Assembly: GCA_963422645.2 (NCBI GenBank)
Contig: CAXXVO010000008.1
Span: 320,001 to 384,000 of the forward strand
DNA: 64,000 bases
Direction: 5' to 3'
DNA from: Alphaproteobacteria bacterium
Lineage (GTDB): Bacteria; Pseudomonadota; Alphaproteobacteria; UBA828
Part shown: positions 52,314 to 62,318 of the stretch, piece after piece
Layout of the letters: each line of letters begins with the position of its first letter
How positions within the stretch are numbered: position 1 is the stretch's first letter
The notes under the pieces: generated by a model
The model's database searches: none
Told to the model about the DNA's origin: nothing
Seen by the model: only the letters and a program-made list of their open reading frames with translations
Translations under genes and position numbers: made by a program

Positions 52314-53786
52314 TCAGAACGCCCGGCGCAGCGAGAGCTCGGCCCGGTTGCGCTTGTAGTCGAAGAGGTCGGCGATGTTGGAGTCGCGGCGCTCATGGAC
52401 CAGGGACAGCGCCGGGACGAAGCCGAACAGCTCCAGATTGTCGTTGAAGAGCGTCAGCCGGGAGATCGACAGCCGGTCCCGGCGCGCGTCCGGGCTGATC
52501 AGCGTATGGCCCGGCTCGTCGTAGTCGGTGAACAGAACGTCATGGGAGAGTTGGAGGCCGAACCCCGCGACGCCGAGCACCGGCGGCAGGTCGGCACCGG
52601 CGAACGCGCCGAGCCTGCGGGTGCTGCTGCGCAGGGTGGGGCCCTCCGCGCGGGTTCTCTGCCAGCCGCCGCGCACGCCGAGCGCGATCGCCGGCGTCAC
52701 CGCATAGGCCAGGTCGAGGTCGAGGTCGAGCCTGGGGCCGTCGTTGGCGGGGGCATTGCGGTGGCGCCGTTCCATGCGCTCGCCGCCGGCGCCGAGCCAC
52801 AGGCGCTCGCCGAGGCGCAGGCCGCCTTCGAGGCGCAGGCCGAGACCATCGCTGACCGGGTCGTTGGCGTACCAGCGCCGGTCCGCCCTGGCTAGCAGGG
52901 AGGCGCGGCCGCGCCGGAACAGCACCTCCGGGCCTGCGTGCAGCGACAGCGTCATGTCGTCGAAGCGGCTGCCGCCATGCTCGCGCCGCCAGACGCCGGC
53001 GCCGATCCGCAGCCGGGTCGCCGTCTCCTCGAAGGGTTGAAACGCCAGGGGATGGCGGTACTCGCCCGAGGCCGAGACCACGACCCCGACGCCCGAGGTC
53101 GCGCGGGTCCTCTCGTCGATCTCGAACTCCAGCGGCAGGAAGCGGAGGCGGAAGGTCCGCGCCTCGGTGCCGGCATTGACGTTGCTGTCGGGCGCAAGCG
53201 CCATGCGGAACTGTCCGGAAACCCGCCGGCGCGCCTGGATGGCGGCGAGGAAGCGGGAGACCGCCCCGGCGACCGTCTCCGGGAGGTCGCCCGCCAGGGC
53301 ACGCCGGAAGTGGTGTGCCGCCGCGTCGCAGTCGTCGCCCAGCAGATGCTCCAGCAGGTCCTCCGGCGGCGCCAGGCAGCGCCCGCGCTCGAACAGCGCC
53401 CGGGCCAGCTCGAGCCGCGCCCCGCCGAGGGCCGGGCGCCGTTGCAGGATATGGCGGTAGCTCGCCACCGCCTCGTCCCGCAGCGCCTTGCGGGCCTCGT
53501 CGGTCGCGGGCGCGCCGGGTTGGTCCTCCGGCAGGCGGGCCGCGTTCAAGGCCGCCATGCCGCGGAAGAACCAGGCGTCAGTGTCGTCGGCATCGCTTTC
53601 GGCCAGGGGCCGCAGCAGGTCAAGCGCCTCGGCCGGCTCGCCGGCGAAGATCAGCGCCTCGGCCCGCGCCAGCGCGGCCGCCGGGTCTTTCGGCAGGTCG
53701 TCGGCGTCGTCGGCGAAGCCCGGTGCGTGCAGGAGAAGCGTCAGCGCGACGATCGCGGCGACGCGGAAGGCCCTACGAATCGTCAT
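52314..53786 (-). CDS. Surface lipoprotein assembly modifier (Slam/DUF560; T11SS outer-membrane translocon)
   Basis: Signal peptide, TPR-like region (ARLELARALF), APDSNVNAG, beta-barrel strands, RRDSNI..F.Y.RN, C-terminal Phe. Confidence 0.85.
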   Translation of the reverse strand: MTIRRAFRVAAIVALTLLLHAPGFADDADDLPKDPAAALARAEALIFAGEPAEALDLLRPLAESDADDTDAWFFRGMAALNAARLPEDQPGAPATDEARKALRDEAVASYRHILQRRPALGGARLELARALFERGRCLAPPEDLLEHLLGDDCDAAAHHFRRALAGDLPETVAGAVSRFLAAIQARRRVSGQFRMALAPDSNVNAGTEARTFRLRFLPLEFEIDERTRATSGVGVVVSASGEYRHPLAFQPFEETATRLRIGAGVWRREHGGSRFDDMTLSLHAGPEVLFRRGRASLLARADRRWYANDPVSDGLGLRLEGGLRLGERLWLGAGGERMERRHRNAPANDGPRLDLDLDLAYAVTPAIALGVRGGWQRTRAEGPTLRSSTRRLGAFAGADLPPVLGVAGFGLQLSHDVLFTDYDEPGHTLISPDARRDRLSISRLTLFNDNLELFGFVPALSLVHERRDSNIADLFDYKRNRAELSLRRAF

Positions 53787-53846
53787 CGATCGCAATCCGC
53801 ATGAAAAACCCCGATGCCGACGGTCGCAGTATCGGAGGGTGTGAAC

Positions 53847-53887
53847 GGGAAAAGGAGCCCGCCGCGCCCCGAAGGAACGCGGCGGGC
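53847..53887 (-). terminator. Probable intrinsic terminator between the lipoprotein and Slam genes
   Basis: GCCCGCCGCG/CGCGGCGGGC 10-bp stem (53857-53887) followed by TCCTTTTCCC on the minus strand. Confidence 0.55.
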
Positions 53888-53932
53888 CTTGATGACCATT
53901 CTCCCCTGGCGGCCGGGGAGAACCGCTACCGG

Positions 53933-55907
53933 CTATTCAGCCGCGCAGCCCTTGGTGCACACCGCGCCGAAGGCGCCGCCGACCGCCAAGAACACGTCTC
54001 TATTGTCGCCCATCGCCGGGAGCATCCAGTGGCCGCCGGTTTCCAGTCCGGTGACCGGGCCGTAGAAGGTTCCTCCGTAGGTGCCTGTATCCCAGTTCTC
54101 CGTGTCTGTCGCGTCTGCCGTTATGGCTTCACCGGAATAGGCGCCGCCAGCCTCGATACCGCCCAACTTCAATTCAACGCCTTCACTGAGAGGAGCGAAG
54201 TTATACCACCCCAACCCTTGAGCTGCCTGCAAGTTCTCGATGGATCCGGAGATCTTGTTGGCAGTGGCGCCTTCGCCGCCGATCGTCGCCTTGAGCATGA
54301 CATCGCCCCGCACGCGGGTGAGATCGCCCATCCCCTTGGAACCGGTAGCGGCGGGGTGCACGATGTGGCCAATGGTCGTGCCCTTGAACTCGCCGGAGAT
54401 CGCCTCGTCGGGAAGCTCGTCGAACGCGTCGTAGCCGAAGTGGAACGCCTGCCAGCGGCCGGGTACGATCTGGTCATCGTGGGTGGTATAGTCCCAGTAG
54501 ACGAACAGGCCGTAGGCCGCGTAGGACAGGTAGCGGTGCTCGTCGTCATCGGCCGCCGTGCCCTGATCCGCGAGTTTGTTGTTCTCGCCGTCCGTCAATA
54601 CATTGCCCTCGTCGAAGACGCCGTAGTTCGACAGCCAGAGATTGTACTCGCCACTGGCGCCCCGGTCGGCAATCTTCACTCCGTCGCCCTCGGGATCGTC
54701 GAGATCGGGCGTGGGTTGGTCGGCATGAACCGGTAGTCTCGCCGACCAGTAGTGAACGGCCTCGCCGACGTTGGGGGACCGCGAAGGCTCGCCGAAGGTG
54801 ATCGTCAGGTCGTCGCGGTTGAAGTCGTTGCAGTTGAGAACCTCCCAGCAGTCGTCGGCCTTGGCGTCTTCAAGCGCCGTCACGTGGGCAGCCGTAAAGC
54901 CACCGGGGGTCGTTGCGGCCAGCGTCGGAAGGTCGTCCTCTTCTACTCCCAGCGCCTTCAAGCTGTCGATGTGCTTCTGCTCTACTTCGGTAGTTGCCGC
55001 CACCACCGTGAACCCACGGACTAGGTCCTGGCCATCACCCGACGACACGTCGAGGTCGTGCTTCATGTCGCCGTAGAGGATGCCCGACCCCCCCGGTTTT
55101 CCAGACCAGCCCGTCATACGTCAACTCGATCGAACTGTGCAGCGCCGCGGACTGAGCGTTGAGCGTGGCGGGGTCGTCGTCGGTGTCCACGCCTTGAACC
55201 TGAGCACGATCGCGCAGGGTGAGCGCCCGCAGAGGCAACTCGGCCGTCTTGCCTGCGCCGCCCGCCTTGATCACCGTCGTCTCTTCCGTGTCGTCGCCGG
55301 CCGCGGCATAGGGGACGGCCTCCATCCCGATCTTGAGCGCGCCGGACGCATCATAGGTGCCGTCGGACTTCTTGACCTCGCGCGGGGTCCGCACGATGGC
55401 GATATCGGAGGATGGTCCGACAGTGCCCAGCGTGTCCAAGTCGCTTGGCGCCAACGCCGGCCCCGCGGCCCAGCTCAAGGCCCCTTGCGCGGCCGTCAGA
55501 GCCGCCGCCGCATCCCCGTCCCGGTACTCCTGCGCGGCTGCCAGCGCCGCCGCCGCTTCCTCGTCGGCCGTCTCCACCTCGTCGTCGTCGTCGTCCGCCA
55601 CCTCGACGGTCTCCTCCGCCGCCGTCACGGCGGCCGCCAGGGCCGTCCGCGCCGCCGCCAGGGCCGTCCGCGCCGCCGCCCTCTCCTCCGGCGACTCGGC
55701 CGCCTCCGCGTCCGCCTCGGCCTTCATCACCGCCGCCTCCGCGGCGGTCAGGGCCGTCTCCGCCGCCGCCAGGGCAGTCTCCGCCGGCGTCGGCATCGAC
55801 ACGGCCGGAGCATCGTCGTCGTCATGTACGCAGCCGTACATGACCGCCGAGAGCACGACCACCGAACAGGCCGCCATCAGTGTGCGAGTCAGCTTCGTCT
55901 TCTTCAT
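53933..55907 (-). pseudogene. TbpB-like surface lipoprotein, frameshifted at a G7 tract
   Basis: MKKTKL...AVMYGC lipoprotein-like signal, Ala-rich coiled coil, C-terminal barrel-like GTYGGTFYGP...GGAFGA; G6 instead of G7 (55088-94) gives one 657-aa ORF. Confidence 0.8.
55633..55674. repeat. 21-bp tandem repeat x2 encoding a heptad
   Basis: GCCGCCAGGGCCGTCCGCGCC twice, inside the Ala-rich stalk (ARTALAA). Confidence 0.8.
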
Positions 55908-57414
55908 GGCTCGAGGCTCTCCTCTGGTTGAAGAGGCCTCGCCCGGAGGCCTCGCTGGTGTTATGAGCTTTGCAGCCGTCAGCGTACTCGACGACTCCGT
56001 TCTTAATCCGTAACTGCCCAGGTCGTCTGATTTGTCATTTTGGGCCAGTGGATTGAGGCGTTTCTCGTTCGGAGTTGGTGGAAAGGGCTTGACGGGAATT
56101 TCGGGAAATGACTCAACAACGACATGAGCAATCCCGAGTCGCCGCGCGGCCCTTCGACGGGAGCAGCGCCCGAAACGCCCGCGCAGAAGATCGCCCGCCT
56201 GGAGGAGGAGAACGCCCGGCTTCGGGAGGAAAATGCCTGGCTTCGGCAGCAGAACGCGCGGCTGGAAGAGCAAGTCGCGCGTCTCGTCGAGCGCATCGAG
56301 GAGTTGGAGCGCCGTCTCGGCCTCAACAGCGGCAACAGCGGCAAGCCGCCTTCGAGCGATGGGCTGAGGAAGCCGAATTCGAAGCGGCGAACCCGAAGCC
56401 TGCGCGGCAAATCGGGCCGCAAGCCCGGTGGCCAGCCCGGCCACAAGGGCAAGACGCTGCGCCGCGCCGATCACCCGGATCGGGTGAAGGATCACGTCCC
56501 GGCTTCCTGCAAGGGATGCGGTTCGCCGCTTTCGGACGCGGCCAGGGCGGGAACGCCCGTCGCCCGCCAGGTGTTCGATCTGCCCGAGCCGAGCCCCCTG
56601 GAGGTGACCGAGCACCGAGCGCATGCCAAGTGCTGCGGGCATTGCGGGACGGTGACCCGGGCGGCGTTCCCCGACGGGGTGTCGGCGCCGGTGCAGTACG
56701 GCCCGCGCATTGCCGGGGTGGCGGTCTACCTTCAGCACGCTCACTTCCTGCCGGAGGATCGGCTGTCGCAGGTGATGGCCGAGCTCTTCGGCGCGCCGGT
56801 GACGGCTGCGACGTTGGCGACGATGAGCGAGAGGGCGGCCGAGCGGCTGCGGGACGCGGCCTTGCACATACAGGACCTGGCGGCGGGCACGGCGCGGGTG
56901 AAACACATGGACGAGACCGGCTTGCGGATCGGCGGTCAGACGCAGTGGCTTCATGTGATCTGCACGCCGCTGCTGGCGGCGTACCGGGTCAGCGGCAAGC
57001 GCGGCGCCCTGCTCTCGGGTGTCTCCGGCATCGTCGTGCACGATCACTGGAAGCCGTACTTCGCGATGGAAGGGGTGGAGCACGGCCTGTGCAACGCCCA
57101 TCACCTGCGGGAGTTGCAGGCGCTGGTGGACATCGAAGGGGAGGCTTGGGCCCGGCGGATGCAGCAGCTCCTGCGCCGAGCCAATCGCGCCGCCCGCATC
57201 GCGCTGGACAAGGATATCGCCGTTCCGGCGAGGCTTGTGGCGCTGATCGAGCGCCGATACGACGAGATCATCGCCGATGCGCTGGCCTTTCACGAGAGCC
57301 AACCACCGTTCTCGCCTGGCAAGAGGAAGGTAACTACCCAGGTACCCCAATCCTGAGTTGAGGACGGTGATTATGGCGGCGGCCGCGGCCTGGTTCTGCC
57401 ACCGCGATTGGTTC

Positions 57415-57443
57415 TTGACCTCATAGAGTTGCGGGACTATGGA
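57415..57443 (+). promoter_or_regulatory. Putative sigma70 promoter of the IS-B MTase-transposase operon
   Basis: TTGACC-N17-TATGGA followed by GGGAG before ATG 57472. Confidence 0.45.
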
Positions 57444-57471
57444 CTGCTCTCTCGCGTGACGGGAGCGGTCC

Positions 57472-58137
57472 ATGGGGTATTTCGGCTCGAAGGCGACAGC
57501 AGGTCTGTGCCAAGCGCTGATTGCGCTGATGCCGCCGCACTCCGTCTACATCGAAAGCCACCTTGGGGGCGGGGCGCTGATGAAGCGCAAGCCGCCGGCC
57601 GTGCGTTCGATCGGCATCGACCGCGATGCGCAGGCGCTCGAGGCCTTCGTCTGCGACTACCCGGTCGATCTGGTTCACGGCTGTGCCCATGACTTCCTGG
57701 CCTCGTTCCCGTTCCTGGGCCCGGAGCTGGTTTACAGCGATCCGCCCTATCTGCACGCGACCCGCCGCTCGGCGCAGCGCTACCGCTTCGAGTACGAGGA
57801 GGCCGGCCACGTCGCGCTTCTCGCGCTGCTCAAGGCTCTGCCCTGCCAGGTCATGATCTCGGGCCATCCGTCGGCGCTCTATGACGAGGTGCTGGCGGGA
57901 TGGCGCCGGCTGGCGCTGCAGGTCACGACCCAGGGTCTGGTGCGAACCGAGGTCGTCTGGTTCAACTACGCCCCCGACCGGATGCATTGGGCCAGCCACG
58001 CAGGCCGGAACTTCACCGACCGCCAGCGCATCAAGCGCAAGGCAGCCAACTGGGGCCGGCGCTACCAGGCCTTGCCGCCGGGCGAACGCCTCGCCGTGCT
58101 CGCCGCCATGATGGCCGTCGAGGCCGAAGACACGTGA
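57472..58137 (+). CDS. Compact Dam-like N6-adenine DNA methyltransferase (IS-B passenger)
   Basis: Motif I ESHLGGGA, motif IV DPPY; differs from the 30271-30936 copy by one residue (M/T). Confidence 0.85.
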   Translation: MGYFGSKATAGLCQALIALMPPHSVYIESHLGGGALMKRKPPAVRSIGIDRDAQALEAFVCDYPVDLVHGCAHDFLASFPFLGPELVYSDPPYLHATRRSAQRYRFEYEEAGHVALLALLKALPCQVMISGHPSALYDEVLAGWRRLALQVTTQGLVRTEVVWFNYAPDRMHWASHAGRNFTDRQRIKRKAANWGRRYQALPPGERLAVLAAMMAVEAEDT

Positions 58138-59672
58138 CGGTGTCGCACTGGCACGAAGACCTCGCCGCCCGTAACGAGGCCTTCTGCTGCCTGAAGGAGC
58201 TTCTCGAGCCATCATCCCTCGCAACCACTGTCGTCGTTGCCGTCCGGGAATGGGGGCAGGGGCTGCTGCGATCAGCCACCGCGCTCGCCCGGGAAAATGC
58301 CGCACTCGAGCAGGAGAACGCGGCCCTGCGCGAGCGCATCGCCGAACTCGAGCGCAGCGCGGCCCTCAACAGCACCACAAGCAGCAAGCCCCCCGCCAGC
58401 GACGGGCTCAAGAAGAAAAGCGGAGCCCAGAGGCGCACCCAAAGCCAGCGCGGAAAGTCCGGCGGGCCCAGTGGCGGCCAGCCCGGCCACAAGGGAACCA
58501 CCCTCGCGCGGAGCGACAGCCCGGACCGTGTCGTCGATCACCACCCCTCCACCTGTTCCGGCTGTGGCGTCGAGCTCTCGGACGCCGACCGGCAAGGCGC
58601 GCCCGCCTGTCGGCAGGTCTTCGACGTACCCGAGCCGCAGCCTCTCGAGGTCACCGAACACCGCGCCCATCGCTGCCTCTGCGGCGCATGCGGCACGCTG
58701 ACACGAGCCGCCTTCCCGCCGGGCGTCACCGCCCCGGTCCAGTACGGCCCTCGCATCACCGCTTGGGTGAGTTACCTGCTGTACGCCCAGTTCGTGCCCG
58801 AGAAGCGTCTGGCCGAACTCATGAGCGACATCTTCGCGGTGTCCATCTCCACTGCCACGATCGCCGCCATGGGCCGGCGCACAGCGCAGCGCTTCGAGGG
58901 CTTCCTCGACCATGTCGCCGATCTGATCCGCACGCAGGCGCCGGTCAAGCACCTCGACGAGACCGGCCTGCGTATCGCCGCCCGTACCCGCTGGCTCCAT
59001 GTGCTGTGCACCCCGTTGCTCACCGTCCTGCGCATCGGCGAGGGACGCGGCGATGTCGAAAAGAACCTGAAAGGCATCCTCGTCCACGACGACTTCGCCC
59101 CCTACTTCACCATCAAGGGCGTCCGCCACGGCGCCTGCAACGCACATCACCTGCGCGAACTCCAGGCCCTGATCGACATCGAGAAGGAGGAATGGGCGGC
59201 GAGCATGCACCGCCTGCTTCAGCGCGCGCGCAGGGCCGCCCGCTTCGCCCGTGAGAAAGACCGTCAAGTCCCCGCCTCCCTGGTGGCCCGCATCTCAAGG
59301 GCATGGGACCGTATCCTCGAAGAAGCCATCGCCTTCCATGAGGCCCAACCGCCGCTCCAGATCGCAAAGCGAGGGCGAAAGAAACGCCGCATCGGCCACA
59401 ACCTCGCGCGCCGCCTTCAAAAGCATAAGGAGGGCTGCCTGCGCTTCCTCACCGACCTGCGCACGCCGTTCACGAATAACGAGGCGGAGCGTGACATCCG
59501 TATGAACAAAGTGCATGAGAAGATCTCAGGCGGCTTCCGCTCCCTGCAAGGCGCCTGCAACTTCGCCGGAATGCGCAGCGTCATCGTCACCGCTCGAAAG
59601 CAAGGCTGGAACATCCTGCAAATCCTGGCGCACCCGGAACCGATGCAGCTGATCCCTATACTGCGCTCCTGA
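58134..59672 (+). CDS. IS66 transposase (IS-B), 512 aa
   Basis: GTGA overlap with the MTase stop; complete D-D-E motifs (LDETG, VHDDF, NNEAER). Confidence 0.9.
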   Translation: MTVSHWHEDLAARNEAFCCLKELLEPSSLATTVVVAVREWGQGLLRSATALARENAALEQENAALRERIAELERSAALNSTTSSKPPASDGLKKKSGAQRRTQSQRGKSGGPSGGQPGHKGTTLARSDSPDRVVDHHPSTCSGCGVELSDADRQGAPACRQVFDVPEPQPLEVTEHRAHRCLCGACGTLTRAAFPPGVTAPVQYGPRITAWVSYLLYAQFVPEKRLAELMSDIFAVSISTATIAAMGRRTAQRFEGFLDHVADLIRTQAPVKHLDETGLRIAARTRWLHVLCTPLLTVLRIGEGRGDVEKNLKGILVHDDFAPYFTIKGVRHGACNAHHLRELQALIDIEKEEWAASMHRLLQRARRAARFAREKDRQVPASLVARISRAWDRILEEAIAFHEAQPPLQIAKRGRKKRRIGHNLARRLQKHKEGCLRFLTDLRTPFTNNEAERDIRMNKVHEKISGGFRSLQGACNFAGMRSVIVTARKQGWNILQILAHPEPMQLIPILRS

Positions 59673-60390
59673 ACTTCTCCGGCTCATCCTGAGTATCGCT
59701 GTCCTCTCATCTTGTTCGCGACGCGGCGTTCATCATCCTCTCGCGCTCAAGAGAGTAGGCACCCCCGCGGCGTGGGGGCGTTGACGCAAAAGGAACTGGC
59801 TTGTTCCATAAGAGAGAGGGGGTACCTGGGCAGTTACAGAGGAAGAAGCGCCGGAAGCGAAGGATCGGTCACAATCTGGCCTTGAGGCTGCGCGACCACA
59901 AATGCGCGGTGCTCCGGTTCCTGATCGACCTCGAGGTCGGGTTCACGAACAACGAGGCCGAGCGCGACCTTCGGATGATGAAGCTGCGCCAGAAGATCTC
60001 CGGGGGCTTCCGGTCCGCGCAGGGGGCCGAGAACTTCGCCATCCTGCGCAGCGTCATCACCACCGCCAGAAAGCAGGGCTGGAATATCATCGAAGCCCTG
60101 ACCAGCCCATCGGATCGGCTCATCGCCACCGTCAAGTGCGCGTAAGCTCACCTGGCACGGGTTCTCCAACAGCGGAGCCATTCTCATAAACGATCATGGT
60201 CGACGCCGTGCTGGACCACCCCATAGAATGAAAATCGGTGCCCGTCGCGCGGACGGACTTCGGGCCACATCGGGGTAGCTTACCGGTCGCAGTCCGCAAG
60301 AGGGGCATCGTGAGCTGTGAAACCCGGCGACCACAGAGGAGCACACGGGCGTCGCGTGGGTAGCGTTGTGCCGAATCCCAGAGAATTTTT

Positions 60391-62279
60391 GTAACTGCCC
60401 AGGTCGTCTGATTTGTCATTTTGGGCCAGTGGATTGAGGCGTTTCTCGTTCGGAGTTGGTGGAAAGGGCTTGACGGGAATTTCGGGAAATGACTCAACAA
60501 CGACATGAGCAATCCCGAGTCGCCGCGCGGCCCTTCGACGGGAGCAGCGCCCGAAACGCCCGCGCAGAAGATCGCCCGCCTGGAGGAGGAGAACGCCCGG
60601 CTTCGGGAGGAAAATGCCTGGCTTCGGCAGCAGAACGCGCGGCTGGAAGAGCAAGTCGCGCGTCTCGTCGAGCGCATCGAGGAGTTGGAGCGCCGTCTCG
60701 GCCTCAACAGCGGCAACAGCGTCAAGCCGCCTTCGAGCGATGGGCTGAGGAAGCCGAATTCGAAGCGGCGAACCCGAAGCCTGCGCGGCAAATCGGGCCG
60801 CAAGCCCGGTGGCCAGCCCGGCCACAAGGGCAAGACGCTGCGCCGCGCCGATCACCCGGATCGGGTGAAGGATCACGTCCCGGCTTCCTGCAAGGGATGC
60901 GGTTCGCCGCTTTCGGACGCGGCCAGGGCGGGAACGCCCGTCGCCCGCCAGGTGTTCGATCTGCCCGAGCCGAGCCCCTTGGAGGTGACCGAGCACCGGG
61001 CGCATGCCAAGTGCTGCGGGCATTGCGGGACGGTGACCCGGGCGGCGTTCCCCGACGGGGTGTCGGCGCCGGTGCAGTACGGCCCGCGCATTGCCGGGGT
61101 GGCGGTCTACCTTCAGCACGCTCACTTCCTGCCGGAGGATCGGCTGTCGCAGGTGATGGCCGAGCTCTTCGGCGCGCCGGTGACGGCTGCGACGTTGGCG
61201 ACGATGAGCGAGAGGGCGGCCGAGCGGCTTGCGGGACGCGGCCTTGCACATACAGGACCTGGCGGCGGGCACGGCGCGGGTGAAACACATGGACGAGACC
61301 GGCTTGCGGATCGGCGGTCAGACGCAGTGGCTTCATGTGATCTGCACGCCGCTGCTGGCGGCGTACCGGGTCAGCGGCAAGCGCGGCGCCCTGCTCTCGG
61401 GTGTCTCCGGCATCGTCGTGCACGATCACTGGAAGCCGTACTTCGCGATGGAAGGGGTGGAGCACGGCCTGTGCAACGCCCATCACCTGCGGGAGTTGCA
61501 GGCGCTGGTGGACATCGAAGGGGAGGCTTGGGCCCGGCGGATGCAGCAGCTCCTGCGCCGAGCCAATCGCGCCGCCCGCATCGCGCTGGACAAGGATATC
61601 GCCGTTCCGGCGAGGCTTGTGGCGCTGATCGAGCGCCGATACGACGAGATCATCGCCGATGCGCTGGCCTTTCACGAGAGCCAACCACCGTTCTCGCCTG
61701 GCAAGAGGAAGAAGCGCCGGAAGCGAAGGATCGGTCACAATCCGGCCTTGAGGCTGCGCGACCACAAATGCGCGGTGCTCCGGTTCCTGATCGACCTCGA
61801 GGTCGGGTTCACGAACAACGAGGCCGAGCGCGACCTTCGGATGATGAAGCTGCGCCAGAAGATCTCCGGGGGCTTCCGGTCCGCGCAGGGGGCCGAGAAC
61901 TTCGCCATCCTGCGCAGCGTCATCACCACCGCCAGAAAGCAGGGCTGGAATATCATCGAAGCCCTGACCAGCCCATCGGATCGGCTCATCGCCACCGTCA
62001 AGTGCGCGTAAGCTCACCTGGCACGGGTTCTCCAACAGCGGAGCCATTCTCATAAACGATCATGGTCGACGCCGTGCTGGACCACCCCATAGAATGAAAA
62101 TCGGTGCCCGTCGCGCGGGCGGACTTCGGGCCACATCGGGGTAGCTTACCGGTCGCAGTCCGCAAGAGGGGCATCGTGAGCTGTGAAACCCGGCGACCAC
62201 AGAGGAGCACACGGGCGTCGCGTGGGTAGCGTTGTGCCGAATCCCAGAGAATTTTCACAGCAAGAACCTGGGCAGTTAC
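60391..62279 (+). mobile_element. IS-A copy 5 (both ends intact, frameshifted transposase 60505-62011)
   Basis: 1889 bp; same extra T (61229-30) as copy 2; followed by CTTAATCC, matching the flank left of copy 4. Confidence 0.96.
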
Positions 62280-62289
62280 CTTAATCCAT

Positions 62290-62318
62290 ACTCTAGCACC
62301 TCAACAGATCATCGCCAA
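62290..62318 (-). promoter_or_regulatory. Orphaned sigma70 promoter of the lipoprotein-Slam locus
   Basis: Minus strand TTGGCG-N17-TAGAGT with extended TGn; predicted +1 falls within the TSD. Confidence 0.55.

Larger units (their letters stand above)
57330..59837 (+). mobile_element. IS-B copy 2 (2508 bp) with 8-bp TSD
   Basis: GTAACTACCCAGGTACCCC...GGGGTACCTGGGCAGTTAC; TSD AGAGGAAG at 57322-29 and 59838-45. Confidence 0.97.
56010..60389 (+). mobile_element. IS-A copy 4, interrupted by IS-B and lacking its last ~24 bp
   Basis: Left IR at 56010; transposase split at 57330 and resumes at 59838; ends at GAGAATTTT. Confidence 0.93.

Noticed and set aside
55035-57473. 812-aa and other long antisense ORFs across IS copies (e.g. 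49040-51403, 26965-28701)
   Set aside because: GC-rich shadow frames of the transposases; only the part from 55907 downward is the real lipoprotein.
57900-58133. 590-aa transposase start upstream of 58134 (and 30508 in copy 1)
   Set aside because: The extension overlaps the MTase in another frame and is low-complexity; GTG at the GTGA overlap is more plausible.
57472-58137. Restriction-modification system
   Set aside because: No endonuclease or specificity gene lies inside or next to either copy; the MTase is an orphan within the IS ends.
59712-59729. GTTC-N10-GTTC in the IS-B right end (also 12464-12481) as a LexA site
   Set aside because: The alphaproteobacterial LexA box has 7-nt spacing; N10 matches are expected by chance.
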